A stretch of DNA of 64,000 nucleotides from Heterodontus francisci (lineage: Eukaryota). The DNA lies in NCBI RefSeq assembly GCF_036365525.1, contig NC_090395.1, positions 28,288,762 through 28,352,761 of the forward strand. The letters are read 5' to 3'. The position numbers were made by a program, and so were the translations under genes. The notes under the pieces were generated by a model that saw nothing but the letters and a program-made list of their open reading frames with translations, had not been told where the DNA came from and did not search any database. This document shows, piece after piece, positions 61,950 to 64,000 of this stretch (positions within the stretch are counted from its first letter, which is position 1; every line of letters begins with the position of its first letter).

Positions 61950-64000
61950 TACAACAACAACGTATATAACATCTTTAACGTAATAAAATGTGCCAAGGTG
62001 CTTCACAGGGATATTATTTTTTAAAAATGACATTGAGCCACATAAAGAGATATTAGGTCAGATGACCAAAAGCTTGGTTAAAGAGTCAAGTTGTAAAAAG
62101 TGTTTTAAAGGAGGAAAGCAAGGTAGAAAGCTGGAGAGGTGTAGGGAAGGAATTCCAGAGCATAGGATCTGGAATTAAAATCAGGGTTGTTCGAGAGGCC
62201 AGAGTTAGATGAGTGCAGATATCTCGAAGGGTTGTGAGACTGGAAGAGATTAGAGAGGAATGAGGTCATCGAGGGATTTGAAAACATGGATGAGAATTTT
62301 AAAGTCAAGATGTTGCTTGACTGGGAGCCAATGTTGATCAGCAAGCACAGGGGTGATAGGGGAACGGGACTTGGTGTGAGTTAGGACACAGGCAGCAGAG
62401 TTTTAGATGACCTCAAGTTTATGGAGGTTAGAATGTGGGAGCCCAGCCAGGAGTACATTGAATAGTCTAGTCTAGAAGTAACAAAGGCATGAATGAGGGT
62501 TTCAGCAGCAGATAAGCTGAGATGGGGGCGAAGTCAGGCAAGGTTACAGAGGTTAGATATAGGTAGTCTTCATGATGGCACAAAAATGTGATCAGAAGCT
62601 CATCTTGGGGTCAAATATGATACCAAGGTTGCGAACAATCTGGTTTATTTGCCAGGAAGAGCGATGGAGTCAGAGCTAGGGAAGAAGTTTGGAGCTGAGG
62701 ATCATAAACAATGGCTTCAATCTTCCCAGTATTTAATTGGAGGAAATTTCTGCTCATCTGGTACTGGATGTCAGATAAGTAGTCTGATAATTTACCAACA
62801 GTGGAGGAGTCGAGAGAGGTGGTGGTGAGGTGGAGCTGCATGTCGTCAGTCTACGCTGAGATTCTGGATGGTCTTGCTGAGGGGAGCATGTAGATGAGAA
62901 ATAGGAGGGGGCCAATGATAGATCCTTGGGGAAAAACCAGAGGTAACAGTGCTGGAGCAGGAAGAGAAGCCATTGTAGGTGATACTCTGGCTACGATTAG
63001 ATAAATAAGAATGGAACCAAGTGAGAGCAGTCCCACCCAGCTGAACGACAGTGGAGAGCATTGGAACAGGGTGGTGTGGTCAGCTGTGTCAAAGGCTGCA
63101 GACAGGTCGAGAAGGACAGGAAGGGATAGTTTACCTTTGTCACAGTCACACAGCTGTTGTTTATGACTTTGATGAGAGCCGTTTTCGTACTGTGGCAGGG
63201 GCGGAAAGCTGATTGGAGGGTTTCAAACATGGAGTTCCTGGAAAGATGGGTGCGGATTTCAGAAGCAACAACATGTTCAAGGATTTTGGAGAGGAAAGGG
63301 AGGTTGGAGATGGGGTCAGTAGTTTGCAAGGACGGTGGGGTCAAGGGTCTTTTTTTGTGGAGGGGGTGATGACGGCAGATTTAAAGGCGAGAAGGACAAC
63401 ACCTGAAGAGAGAGAACCGTTAACAATATCATTTAATGTGGGGACTAGGAGGGGAAGTTGGGGAGACGGCATCTTGGTAATGTCACTGGACTAGTAATCC
63501 AGAGGGCCAGGCTAATGCCCGGGGGGCATGGGTTCAAATCCCACCATAGCAGCTGGTGGAATTTAAATTCAATTAATTAAAGATCTGGAATTGAAAGCTA
63601 GTCTCAGTAATGGTGCCATGAAACTATCATTAATTGTCATAAAATCCCATCTTGTTCACAAATGTCCTTTAGGGAAGGAAATCTGCCTCCCTTACGTGGT
63701 CTGGCCGACATGTGACTCCAGACCCACAGCAATGTGGTTGACTCTTAACTGCCCTCTGAAATGGCCGAGCAAGCCACTCAGTTCAAGGACAATTGGGGAT
63801 GGGCAACAAGTGCTGGCCTGCCAGCAACGCCCACATCCCATGAAAGAATAAAAGCTGTTTAGTGGGAATAGGGTCGATGCAGCAGAAGGTGAGTCTCATG
63901 GATAAGATGAGCTTGGAAAGGGCATGAGGGGAGATAGGAGAGCAGCTAAAGATGAGAGTTCAGGGCTAGGGCAAAAGGGGAGCCTAGAGACAGTTTGGCA
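61950..64000 (-). mobile_element. L2-clade LINE, 3' end through RT, running off the window
   Basis: PISNLPFLSKILE...QSAFRPCHSTKTALIKV, PQGSIIGPLLFLIYM and MSRNFLQLN; (aac)n tail at about 61950. Confidence 0.9.
63465..63850 (+). mobile_element. tRNA-derived SINE (Meta-domain-like) inserted in L2
   Basis: tggtaatgtcactggactagtaatccagagg...gggttcaaatcccacc...atgtcctttagggaaggaaatctgcc...cccacatcccatgaaagaataaaa. Confidence 0.88.

Noticed and set aside
61072-62024. 217-aa and 158-aa ORFs as host genes
   Set aside because: They fall within the decayed Harbinger region (antisense shadow or low-complexity remnant).
58188-64000. Next TEAD exon (IKPF...)
   Set aside because: No matching phase-2 exon was found by eye; it is presumably beyond the window.
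1-64000. CRISPR array, operon or other prokaryotic system
   Set aside because: There is no repeat-spacer periodicity or dense gene packing; this is intron-dominated eukaryotic sequence.

Overview
A repeat-rich vertebrate genomic window, almost certainly from a cartilaginous fish (shark), judging by its HE1-type V-SINEs, Deu-domain SINEs and CR1/L2 LINEs. The whole window lies inside one plus-strand TEAD-family (Hippo-pathway transcription factor) gene. Six short internal exons can be read from the sequence, all with canonical AG/GT boundaries and compatible phases: 25381-25445, two tandem duplicated 63-nt exons (29839-29901 and 29988-30050) encoding alternative versions of TEA-domain helix 3, a 12-nt microexon (49481-49492), 54651-54785 and 58144-58187. 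The start-codon exon and the YAP-binding-domain exons were not found and presumably lie outside the window. Nearly all supplied ORFs are transposon fragments or chance ORFs. The introns contain nested LINE/SINE/solo-LTR/MITE/Harbinger debris. The most notable items are the probable mutually exclusive helix-3 exons with clustered QKI/RBFOX motifs, the microexon, several LF-SINE-like copies, Penelope-type termini with a minimal hammerhead-ribozyme signature, and a near-perfect 80-bp hairpin. I see no evidence of a wholly new gene system. Repeat boundaries are approximate and repeat family names come from recall, not from a database search.
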